Of a stretch of DNA of 15,686 nucleotides, positions 1 to 7,646 are shown one piece after another. The position numbers were made by a program, and so were the translations under genes. Source of the DNA: an uncultured bacterium (lineage in GTDB: Bacteria; Hydrogenedentota; Hydrogenedentia; Hydrogenedentales; JAEUWI01); assembly GCA_963977445.1 (NCBI GenBank), contig CAXBPH010000159.1, forward strand, positions 1-15,686. The letters are read 5' to 3'. Each line of letters starts with the position of its first letter. The stretch's first letter is position 1. Under the pieces are notes generated by a model. That model did not search any database. It was not told where the DNA came from and was given only the letters and a program-made list of their open reading frames with translations.

Positions 1-253
1 CGCTCTCCGGAACGCCCGTGGCCTCGGTGATACGCTTGCGGGTCCGGGCGGCCATATCCTTGGGGATGAAAATGACATCATTGCCCACAAAAAGTTGGTG
101 TTCGTCACCACAGCGCAGATAGAGGGCCGAACTGAATAGCGGATCGTGTACCCCCGTGCTCATGCGGGCCACGTGGGGGTAGCCGAAGAGGTGGAGCGAA
201 CAGTCGGGGGTGATATTTACGGCGGCAGCGCCGGCAATGTATTCCTGAGACAC
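1..253 (-). CDS. N-terminal part of a neutral/alkaline ceramidase N-domain-like amidohydrolase (runs off the left edge)
   Basis: Not in the ORF track. Hand translation from GTG at 253 (AAAGGA RBS upstream) gives MSQEYIAGAAAVNITPDCSLHLFGYPHVARMSTGVHDPLFSSALYLRCGDEHQLFVGNDVIFIPKDMAARTRKRITEATGVPES, open to the edge. The AG.A..NITP..L.GY...R.STGVHDPL..AL.L pattern is typical of bacterial ceramidase-like proteins. Confidence 0.8.
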   Translation of the reverse strand, partial: MSQEYIAGAAAVNITPDCSLHLFGYPHVARMSTGVHDPLFSSALYLRCGDEHQLFVGNDVIFIPKDMAARTRKRITEATGVPES

Positions 254-308
254 ACGAATCCTTTCATCGCGCGCGCTGGCGGGCAGGCCAGGCTAACGCG
301 AAAATAAC

Positions 309-337
309 TTGCATAAGTTGTTATAACCAATTATACT
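309..337 (+). promoter_or_regulatory. sigma70-type promoter for gntR-nagA
   Basis: TTGCAT (309-314), 17-bp spacer, TATACT (332-337). Confidence 0.65.
316..331. promoter_or_regulatory. Candidate GntR (HutC/NagR-type, dre-like) operator
   Basis: AGTTGTTATAACCAAT with palindromic GTTATAAC core. It lies in the spacer of the + promoter and over the start region of the - promoter. Confidence 0.5.
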
Positions 338-358
338 TTTTGCATCGATACAATGCAA
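330..358 (-). promoter_or_regulatory. sigma70-type promoter for the divergent ceramidase-like gene
   Basis: On the - strand: TTGCAT (358-353), 17-bp spacer, perfect TATAAT (335-330). Confidence 0.65.
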
Positions 359-398
359 TGGAATTTCCTGTGCAATATAAGGATCTCCCCAAAGAGCC

Positions 399-1142
399 AT
401 GCCACCTACCGCCTACAACCGTGTTGCTGCTACCCTGCGCGACCAGATTCTTGCTGGATCGTGGGAGGGGAGCAATCAACTGCCCACCGAACGTGAACTC
501 TGCGACCGCTTTCAAACGTCGCGGATTACGATACGTCGTGCCCTTCAGATTCTGGAGGAGGAGCAGTTGGTGGAGCGTCATCAGGGCGTGGGTACCTTTA
601 TTAAATCCAATCCGGCACGGAAGATTCCCCTATTGACCACCGACTACTTTGGCAGCATCCAGACCCATGCCCCGGATTTGACCCGGAGCCTTGAATACTT
701 GCGCACCTCGAAAGCCAATGAGGAGAGCGCCAAGTTGTTGCAGGTTGCTCCCGGTGAGACCGTGCTGGAGGCAGTGCGTGTTGACCGGCTTCGGGATACC
801 CCCATTGCGACCGACATGGTCCTCGTGGTGGAAGCCTACGCCGACCGGTTGGACATGGCGAATTTCGGAGAAATGAACTTTTTGTCCCTCTGGGCGCGGA
901 AACAGCATATTGAACTCGACTATTGTACCCAATCTATCGAAGCGACGATTGCTACCGAGCCGATTCTCGCCTATCTCGATATTTCACGAGGTGACTTTGT
1001 CTTGAAAGAGACCAACGTGGTTACGGTGGCAGGCGGTATACCCGCCGGGCTGTTTATAACCCACTACCGCCCCGATGTGTTCCGATTTGAGACCACCATC
1101 GATCTGAAATCTCGTGGGATGATCGCGAAACGCCATGAGTGA
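399..1142 (+). CDS. GntR family transcriptional regulator, HutC subfamily (wHTH + UTRA domain)
   Basis: LPTERELCDRFQTSRITIRRAL..L...GVGTFI wHTH motif, a UTRA-like C-terminal half, 247 aa; AAGGA upstream. Confidence 0.93.
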   Translation: MPPTAYNRVAATLRDQILAGSWEGSNQLPTERELCDRFQTSRITIRRALQILEEEQLVERHQGVGTFIKSNPARKIPLLTTDYFGSIQTHAPDLTRSLEYLRTSKANEESAKLLQVAPGETVLEAVRVDRLRDTPIATDMVLVVEAYADRLDMANFGEMNFLSLWARKQHIELDYCTQSIEATIATEPILAYLDISRGDFVLKETNVVTVAGGIPAGLFITHYRPDVFRFETTIDLKSRGMIAKRHE

Positions 1143-2313
1143 CCTGCTGATTAACCATGCCCGGCTGATTCATCCGGGTGATCGGGTTTGCGCGGGTTGG
1201 CTCCGGGTTTCCGACGGCGTCATCGTGGAAACGGGCAAAGGCAACGGCCCGGAGGACTTCGAGGGCGAATCTATCGATGGGGCGGGGCGACGACTCAGTC
1301 CCGGTTTTATCGATGTCCACACCCATGGCATGGGGCGTTTTAACTACGACCGAGGCCCGGAAGAGTTGCGCTCGGCCGCCGCCTTGCTGCCCAAATATGG
1401 TACAACTACGGTGGTACCCACCCTCGTGCCCAATTTGAGCGAGGGGATGTGGTCCACACTGACTGACCTTGTGCAGGCAATACATACCCTATACGACGTC
1501 CATATACCGGGTCTGCACCTGGAAGGTCCTTTCGTCGCCATCACGGGCGCCGCTTGCGAGACCCGTGATGGCGATTTGTCCTTGCTCCGTGATTTGCTGG
1601 ATGCCTGCGAAGGCCGGGTGACGGTCATGTCCATCGCGCCGGAAGTGAAGAACATTATTCCCGTAATAGCCCATTTGGTGGCTGCGGGCGTTACGCCTTT
1701 TATTACCCATACCCGAGCGAGCGTGGACCAGACCCTGGCCGCTATCGAAGCGGGCGCCCGCCACGCCACCCATTTTTACGATGTATTTCCCGTGCCCGAA
1801 GAGACGGATCCGGGGGTACGTCCGGTGGGTGCGGTGGAGACCATACTCGCCCACCCGAAAGCTACCTGCGATTTTATCTGCGATGGTATACACGTAGACC
1901 CCATGGCCATTCGGGCAGCGATTGCCGCGAAGGGTGTCGGGGGCGTTTCCCTGATTACGGATGCCTCCTTCGGTGCGGGTCTGGGACCGGGTGTCTACGA
2001 TACGCCCTGGGGCTACCCCGTGGAAGTGAAGGCGGGCAATGCGCCCCGGATTTCCGACCCCAAGCACCCCATGCATGGTGGGCTTGCGGGTAGTGCCCTC
2101 ACCATGAACCGGGGTATGCAAAACCTTCTGCGTTGGCTTGACCTGCCCGAGGCGGATATCTGGTCCCTCGGCACGGCGAGTCCGGCGGCGGTTATTGGGT
2201 TGGCGGATCGGGGGAAACTGAAACCCGGCATGCGCGCCGATCTGGTGCTGTGGGACGACGGTGAAGAGCTGACCCCTGCGGCGACGTGGGTTGGTGGAAA
2301 GAAAGTGTTTTAA
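1135..2313 (+). CDS. nagA: N-acetylglucosamine-6-phosphate deacetylase-like amidohydrolase (atypical substrate site)
   Basis: PGFIDVHTHG, HLEGPF, TH, ATHF, DGIHVDP, LITDA and LAGSALTM motifs; 8-bp overlap with the gntR stop. Confidence 0.85.
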   Translation: MSDLLINHARLIHPGDRVCAGWLRVSDGVIVETGKGNGPEDFEGESIDGAGRRLSPGFIDVHTHGMGRFNYDRGPEELRSAAALLPKYGTTTVVPTLVPNLSEGMWSTLTDLVQAIHTLYDVHIPGLHLEGPFVAITGAACETRDGDLSLLRDLLDACEGRVTVMSIAPEVKNIIPVIAHLVAAGVTPFITHTRASVDQTLAAIEAGARHATHFYDVFPVPEETDPGVRPVGAVETILAHPKATCDFICDGIHVDPMAIRAAIAAKGVGGVSLITDASFGAGLGPGVYDTPWGYPVEVKAGNAPRISDPKHPMHGGLAGSALTMNRGMQNLLRWLDLPEADIWSLGTASPAAVIGLADRGKLKPGMRADLVLWDDGEELTPAATWVGGKKVF

Positions 2314-2348
2314 CTGCGTAGCGCAGGCTTCGTTTTGCATGAAGAGTT

Positions 2349-2711
2349 GAACCAAGAATTTACACGAATAAGAAATGTTAAGCGCCTTTTGTAAATCCAG
2401 TTGATACATCACACGATGAGTAGATGTTTTTTGACATGATTTACATGATGAGTTCTAGTTTGGTCTCCTGGCTGGAGAGCGTCGGTCGAAATCTAATAGT
2501 TGAATGTGTGTTGCTGACTAAGTTACAGGAGCTATTTTTTCCTGAATCCTGTTAATCCTGTTAATCCTGTCTATTTATAGACTGCCGAGTAGGGCTCATT
2601 TTTTCGACAGGATTTACAAGATTAACATGATGAATATTTTTGTTGTGTTTTAGCTGTAGCGCGTCCGCTGACGTCCAATAGGTGAACCACAAATGAACAT
2701 GAATTTTCACG
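2349..2711. repeat. Cluster of short degenerate tandem and inverted repeats in an AT-rich intergenic gap
   Basis: AATCCTGTT x3 (2545-2571) with inverted copies at 2606-2631 and 2433-2449; AACCAmrAAT.wACAyGAAT units at 2349-2369 and 2683-2711. Confidence 0.7.
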
Positions 2712-2807
2712 TACAGAAATTACGATTGCTAACGAAGTTTGCATCTGTCTAAGCAAAGTGCGCTTCGCGGTCAGAAATCTATTTAAAGTTAACGAGAGAG
2801 GGACACC

Positions 2808-3740
2808 ATGTCCGAGTTTGAATTCAGTGCGGCCGAATGCGTGCCGTTCCGCGATAAAGAAGCGGTCGCCCGGGTCCGGGCCATTACGCGAGAAGACATC
2901 ACCAAGCACAGCAATCCCGATTTGAAGATCGAAGTCATTCCCGATGCGGAATTGCAGCTCAAGTGGCTGCTTCATATCTATGCCCAGATTAAACAGGCAA
3001 AAGATGAAGACCGCACCTGTGTGCTCATCACCCCCCAGCCCTGGCCGGGTTATAAGTGGGTGGCGGAAATGATCAACATCAACCGCCTCGATTGCAGCCA
3101 TCTCCATACCTTCAATATGGATGAGTATGCCGACGAAAATGGCAACACACCGCCGGACACGTGGAAGTATGGCTTCATGTATTCCATGATGACCCACTTT
3201 TACGCGAATATCGACCCCGAGTTGCGTCCCCCCATTGAGCAGTTGAAGGGGCCATCGACGGCCAACATCAACGACTATGGCAAGATGATCGCCGACATGG
3301 GTGGTGCCGACTATTGCTACAGCGGACCCGGCTGGACCGGTCACCTTGCTTTCGTGGAGCCCGACTGCCCTGAGTTTGATGCGCCTCTGGAAGAGTGGAA
3401 GCAAATGGGGCCGCGCATCTGTACTCTGAGTCCCTTTACTATTGCCCAGAATTCGCTGCACGGCAGCTTTGGATTCAGCGGTGACCTGACAGCCGTTCCG
3501 CCGAAGGCCGCGACCATTGGGCCGGCGGAAGTCATCGGCGCGAAGAATCGCATCGACATGCATGGCATTACGGTGGACGGGTCTGGTGCCTCGTGGCAGC
3601 GGACCATGTCGCGCCTGTGCCTCCATGGCCCCGTGACGCCCAAGTTGCCCACGTCGATTCACCAGTTGTTGAAGACGGATGTGTGGATGACCGAAAGTAT
3701 CGCCGAAACCATTGAACCCCGCTGGGACAAAGGCTATTAG
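2808..3740 (+). CDS. Glucosamine-6-phosphate deaminase/isomerase (NagB)-fold protein, divergent
   Basis: TFNMDEY and G.G..GHLAF.EP motifs, TIG..E.I.A; GAGAGAGG RBS. Confidence 0.8.
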   Translation: MSEFEFSAAECVPFRDKEAVARVRAITREDITKHSNPDLKIEVIPDAELQLKWLLHIYAQIKQAKDEDRTCVLITPQPWPGYKWVAEMININRLDCSHLHTFNMDEYADENGNTPPDTWKYGFMYSMMTHFYANIDPELRPPIEQLKGPSTANINDYGKMIADMGGADYCYSGPGWTGHLAFVEPDCPEFDAPLEEWKQMGPRICTLSPFTIAQNSLHGSFGFSGDLTAVPPKAATIGPAEVIGAKNRIDMHGITVDGSGASWQRTMSRLCLHGPVTPKLPTSIHQLLKTDVWMTESIAETIEPRWDKGY

Positions 3741-3742
3741 GT

Positions 3743-3912
3743 CGGGATGCGGACATTTTTGTCTGCAGCAACCTGCACGTTGTGTGGGAGAGAATGGCTG
3801 TTCCTGAAACGTATATTTTGTGATTAAGCGAGGCGCAATATTCCTCGTGTGATGAAGTACACTTCATGACTTTTCGGCTGCCTTGTGGCGGATATGAAAA
3901 TCCGCCCTCCGG
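3743..3912. repeat. REP doublet (REPIN-like) copy 1
   Basis: Hairpin CGGGATGCGGACATTTTTGTCTGCAGCA (3743-3770) and inverted partner TGTGGCGGATATGAAAATCCGCCCTCCGG (3884-3912). Confidence 0.65.
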
Positions 3913-3941
3913 TTGCTTCGAAAAACATAGCTGAATTTAAT
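3913..3941 (+). promoter_or_regulatory. Possible internal promoter for the aminotransferase-dehydrogenase genes
   Basis: TTGCTT, 17 bp, TTTAAT; imperfect -10. Confidence 0.25.
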
Positions 3942-3979
3942 AATGCCCCAGTCGGGTTAACTTTGTAGGAGTCAAAATC

Positions 3980-5347
3980 ATGACGACATCATCTATCGAA
4001 TGGGCCAACGCCCAGACCGCGAATCTCCCCAATATGGTGGTCCCCGCGCCGGGGCCCAAGTCCCACGACTACCACACGCGCTGCTCCAAATACTTCAAGG
4101 GTCTCAGTGGCCAGGTGAAGCTCTTCCCCGTGGCTTTCGAGTCGGGCGAAGGCTGCATGCTCCGCGACGTGGACGGCAACGAATACATCGACTTTTCCTC
4201 GGGCATCTATGTGACCACACTCGGTCACTGTCATCCGAAGATCAGCGAAGCGATTGCAAAATATGCCAAGACGCTGATGAACGCCCATGACTTCACGACG
4301 CCGATTAAGACCCAGCTGGTCGAGAAACTCGCTGAAATCCTTCCCGGTGATTTGAATGGTTTTCAGTTCTACGATTCCGGCACGACGGCGGTGGAAGCGG
4401 GTATCCGTGTCCTGCGCGCAGCGACGGGCAAAAACGAAACCCTGTCCTGCTTCTACGATTACCACGGCAAGACCTATGGTGCCGTTTCTCACGGGCACAT
4501 TCGTTCGTCGGTCTATGGCGCGGTTCGGGCACCGGGTGCCCACATGCTGCCCCGCCCCGATATGTATAGGCCCATGTGGACCAAAGAAGACGGCAGCATC
4601 GACACCGATGCCTACATCAATTTCTACCGCGAATACATCGACAAAGGCACCGTACACGATGTGGCCGGATTTGTCCTCGAGCCCATCCAGGGCTGGGGCG
4701 GCACCATCATGCCCCCCGACGATTTCTTCCCCAAGGTCCGGAAGCTGTGTGATGAACTTGGCATTCTGCTGATGGCCGACGAAGTGCTCACAAGTTGGGG
4801 TCGGACCGGCAAGTTTCTCTGCATGGAGCACTACGATACGGTGCCCGACATCGTCACCATCGGTAAGGGCTTTGGTAACGGATTTCCGGTTACCTGCGTG
4901 GCCGTGCGCGAGCCTTACAAGGAAGCCTTCGAATCCATTTCCGCGTCCAGCAGCTACGGTGGCAATCCCATGGCCTGCGCCGCAGCGTTGGCCTCCACGG
5001 AAGTCATCGAAGAAGAACAGTTGAACGAACATGCCGAACACCTGGGGAACATTGCCCAGAAGCGTATGGAAAAGATGAAGGCCGAGCACTCGATTATTGG
5101 TGACGTGCGCGCCAAGGGTTGTCTAATGGGCATTGAGCTGGTGAAAGACCGTGCGGCAAAGACGCCCTTTGACCAGGCCGGCGAGTTGGTTTACAAGAAA
5201 GCCTTCGCCAAAGGCCTGGCGTGGATCCCTGCTGGCCACATCCTGCGCATGAGCCCGCCCATCGTGATGAATGAAGAGACCCTCCTCAAGGGCCTCGACA
5301 TGATCGACGAAGCTATCGGCGAAACCCAGAAGGAACTCATGGGATGA
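3980..5347 (+). CDS. Class III PLP-dependent aminotransferase (GabT/ArgD-like fold, unusual active site)
   Basis: GEG..L.DVDGNEYIDF, LGHCHP, YHGKT, EPIQG, ADEV...GRTG, GKG.G.GFP (PLP Lys), GGNP, LR.SPP; AGGAG RBS. Confidence 0.93.
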   Translation: MTTSSIEWANAQTANLPNMVVPAPGPKSHDYHTRCSKYFKGLSGQVKLFPVAFESGEGCMLRDVDGNEYIDFSSGIYVTTLGHCHPKISEAIAKYAKTLMNAHDFTTPIKTQLVEKLAEILPGDLNGFQFYDSGTTAVEAGIRVLRAATGKNETLSCFYDYHGKTYGAVSHGHIRSSVYGAVRAPGAHMLPRPDMYRPMWTKEDGSIDTDAYINFYREYIDKGTVHDVAGFVLEPIQGWGGTIMPPDDFFPKVRKLCDELGILLMADEVLTSWGRTGKFLCMEHYDTVPDIVTIGKGFGNGFPVTCVAVREPYKEAFESISASSSYGGNPMACAAALASTEVIEEEQLNEHAEHLGNIAQKRMEKMKAEHSIIGDVRAKGCLMGIELVKDRAAKTPFDQAGELVYKKAFAKGLAWIPAGHILRMSPPIVMNEETLLKGLDMIDEAIGETQKELMG

Positions 5348-6489
5348 GCGAAAAAGTTTACGGCGTTGGTGTTGTTGGCTACGGCTTCATGGGGAAGACC
5401 CATACCTTTGGCTACCACACCATCCCCTTTTTCTATAGCGAATTGCCTATCAAGTTTGCCTTGAAAGGCGTGTGTGTCCGTCGTCCGGAAACCCTCGACG
5501 CCGCCGTGGCCGAGGGCAAGTTCGAATTCGGCACCACGAACTTCCAGGACTTGCTTGACCGGGACGATATCGACATCATCCACGTGTGTACGCCCAACAA
5601 TCTCCACCGCGATCAAGTGGTAGCGGCAGCAGAAGCGGGTAAACACATCTACTGCGACAAGCCTCTGGGCAGCAGCTATGCCGAATGCCAGGACATGGTG
5701 GCGGCGCTGGTCAACAGTTCTCAGGATATTGTGACCCAGGTGGCCCTGCAATATCGTTTCTATCCCTGCACCATGAAGGCCAAACAGCTCATGGACGAGG
5801 ACTTTCTGGGGAAGATCTACAGCTTCCGCGCGAGTTATCTTCACGCGAGTTCGGCAGACCCCAACAAGCCCCTCAAGTGGAAGCTGGACAAGGAAAAAGG
5901 TGGTGGCGGGGTGCTCTATGATTTGGGCAGCCACGTCCTCGATCTCATCAATTATCTTCTGGGCAAGCCCGCGAAGATTTTTTGTGAGACCCACACGGCC
6001 GTGTCCCAGCGGAAGCATTCCGAGACGGGCGAGATGACCAAAGTAGAGACGGACGACCTCGCCCTCATGCTGGTACGCACCGCCTGCGGTGCCCTGGGCT
6101 CGGTGGAAGCTACCAAGATCGCTACGGGCACCAATGACGAGTTGCGGGTGGAAATCCACGGGGAAAAGGGCGCGATTCGCTTTAACCTCATGGACCCCAA
6201 CTGGCTCGAAGTCTTTGATGCCCGCGACAAGGGCGGTGACTTCGGTGGGGACCGTGGTTTTAAGAAAATTGAGACCGTGAGTCGTTATGCCGCGCCCGGT
6301 GGTGCCTTTCCCGCGCCCGCCTGCAATATTGGCTGGCTCCGCTCCCACGTGGCCTGCCTGCATAATTTCCTGGCGGCTATCGCGGGTAAAGAAGAAGCCC
6401 ATCTGACTATCCCGGGTGCTGCGGAACTGCAACGTCAACTCGACGCGGCCTATACGTCCGCCGAGACGGGTGAATGGCAAGACTTGTAG
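5344..6489 (+). CDS. Gfo/Idh/MocA NAD(P)-dependent sugar/cyclitol dehydrogenase
   Basis: GYGFMG Rossmann motif, TPNNLH, GKHIYCDKP, GGGVLYDLGSH; ATGA overlap with the upstream aminotransferase. Confidence 0.93.
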   Translation: MSEKVYGVGVVGYGFMGKTHTFGYHTIPFFYSELPIKFALKGVCVRRPETLDAAVAEGKFEFGTTNFQDLLDRDDIDIIHVCTPNNLHRDQVVAAAEAGKHIYCDKPLGSSYAECQDMVAALVNSSQDIVTQVALQYRFYPCTMKAKQLMDEDFLGKIYSFRASYLHASSADPNKPLKWKLDKEKGGGGVLYDLGSHVLDLINYLLGKPAKIFCETHTAVSQRKHSETGEMTKVETDDLALMLVRTACGALGSVEATKIATGTNDELRVEIHGEKGAIRFNLMDPNWLEVFDARDKGGDFGGDRGFKKIETVSRYAAPGGAFPAPACNIGWLRSHVACLHNFLAAIAGKEEAHLTIPGAAELQRQLDAAYTSAETGEWQDL

Positions 6490-6494
6490 GGGAA

Positions 6495-6599
6495 TGGAGT
6501 GCGGACTTTCTGGTCCGCAGCATAGGTCACTGTGGGCCTCAACGGGCCCTTGAAGTTTTTTTGTGTGCTCTGTGGCGGGTAAGAAAACCCGCCCTCCGG
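6495..6599. repeat. REP doublet (REPIN-like) copy 2
   Basis: TGGAGTGCGGACTTTCTGGTCCGCAGCA (6495-6522) and inverted TGTGGCGGGTAAGAAAACCCGCCCTCCGG (6571-6599); the right arm is 26/29 identical to 3884-3912. Confidence 0.7.
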
Positions 6600-6637
6600 A
6601 ATTTTAAGTATGCCGCAGCATTGGAGATTTTAGCGTT

Positions 6638-7645
6638 ATGACCACCAAGAAACTTCGCATTCTCGTAATTGGCGTGGGCTCTATTGGTGAGCGCCACGTG
6701 CGGTGCTACCTCGCCACGGGACGTGCCGAAATTGGCATCTGCGAACTCAACAGCGACCTGCGCAGCACCATTGCCGATCGTTACGCTATCGCCGAGTCTT
6801 TTGATAACCTCGACACGGCCCTCGCCGCAGGGTGGGATGGGGCTCTCGTGGCAACGCCGGCCCACACCCACATACCCATTTCGATCACGGTGGCCAAAGC
6901 GGGCATCAATCTTATTATCGAGAAGCCCCTGTCTACCTCCCTCGATGGCATCGATGAACTTCGTGCACTTGTGGCCGAGAAAAATCTCGTTGCGGCCGTG
7001 AGCTATAACTACCGCGCTCATCCGGGGCTGACGGCCATGAAAAAGGCCCTCGACAGCGGACGCTTCGGCAAGCCCCTGCAACTCTATGCCATGGTGGGCC
7101 AAAGCTTCGCCTTCTTTCGTCCGGCCTATCGGGAAATTTACTTCGCCGATCATGCACAGGGCGGCGGGGCCATCCAGGATTCCATCACCCACACCTGGAA
7201 CCTTGCCGAGTGGTTCATCGGCCCCATCGACCGCATCCTGGTCGACGCCGATCACCAGGCCCTCGAAGGGGTCACGGTGGAGGATACGGTCCATGCCCTG
7301 GCGCGCCACGGCAGCGTAATGGCCACCTATACGGTGAACCTTTATCAGCAGCCCACCGAATCTTCCCTGACCATCGTTTGCGAAAAGGGAACGGTGCGTT
7401 TTGAGCTCCACGAGAACCGCTGGCGTTGCGTCACCGAAGTAGAAGGGCCCTGGGAAGACGAAGCCCATGTCTTGCCCGAGCGGGACACGTGGTATACGTT
7501 GAACGCAGAGACCCTGCTCGACGCTATCGCGGGCATCGCCCCGGCCCGTTGCACCCTCGAAGATGGCATCCAAACCTTGCGCGTCAACCTTGCCGCGTTA
7601 AAATCGGCGAAAACTCAAACCTGGCAACTTGTGGGAGAGCTCTGA
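6638..7645 (+). CDS. Gfo/Idh/MocA oxidoreductase
   Basis: GVGSIG.RH, ATPAHTH, IEKPL, GGGAIQD..TH; GGAG RBS. Confidence 0.92.
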   Translation: MTTKKLRILVIGVGSIGERHVRCYLATGRAEIGICELNSDLRSTIADRYAIAESFDNLDTALAAGWDGALVATPAHTHIPISITVAKAGINLIIEKPLSTSLDGIDELRALVAEKNLVAAVSYNYRAHPGLTAMKKALDSGRFGKPLQLYAMVGQSFAFFRPAYREIYFADHAQGGGAIQDSITHTWNLAEWFIGPIDRILVDADHQALEGVTVEDTVHALARHGSVMATYTVNLYQQPTESSLTIVCEKGTVRFELHENRWRCVTEVEGPWEDEAHVLPERDTWYTLNAETLLDAIAGIAPARCTLEDGIQTLRVNLAALKSAKTQTWQLVGEL

Positions 7646-7646
7646 A

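Noticed and set aside
2462..2473. AGCCAGGAGACC on the - strand resembles the 3' end of a cobalamin riboswitch
   Set aside because: The upstream core motifs (GGGAA, GCCACTG) are absent and no - strand gene lies downstream.
2545..2631. Short repeats considered as a CRISPR array
   Set aside because: The units are 9 bp, directly tandem or inverted, with no spacers and no cas genes.
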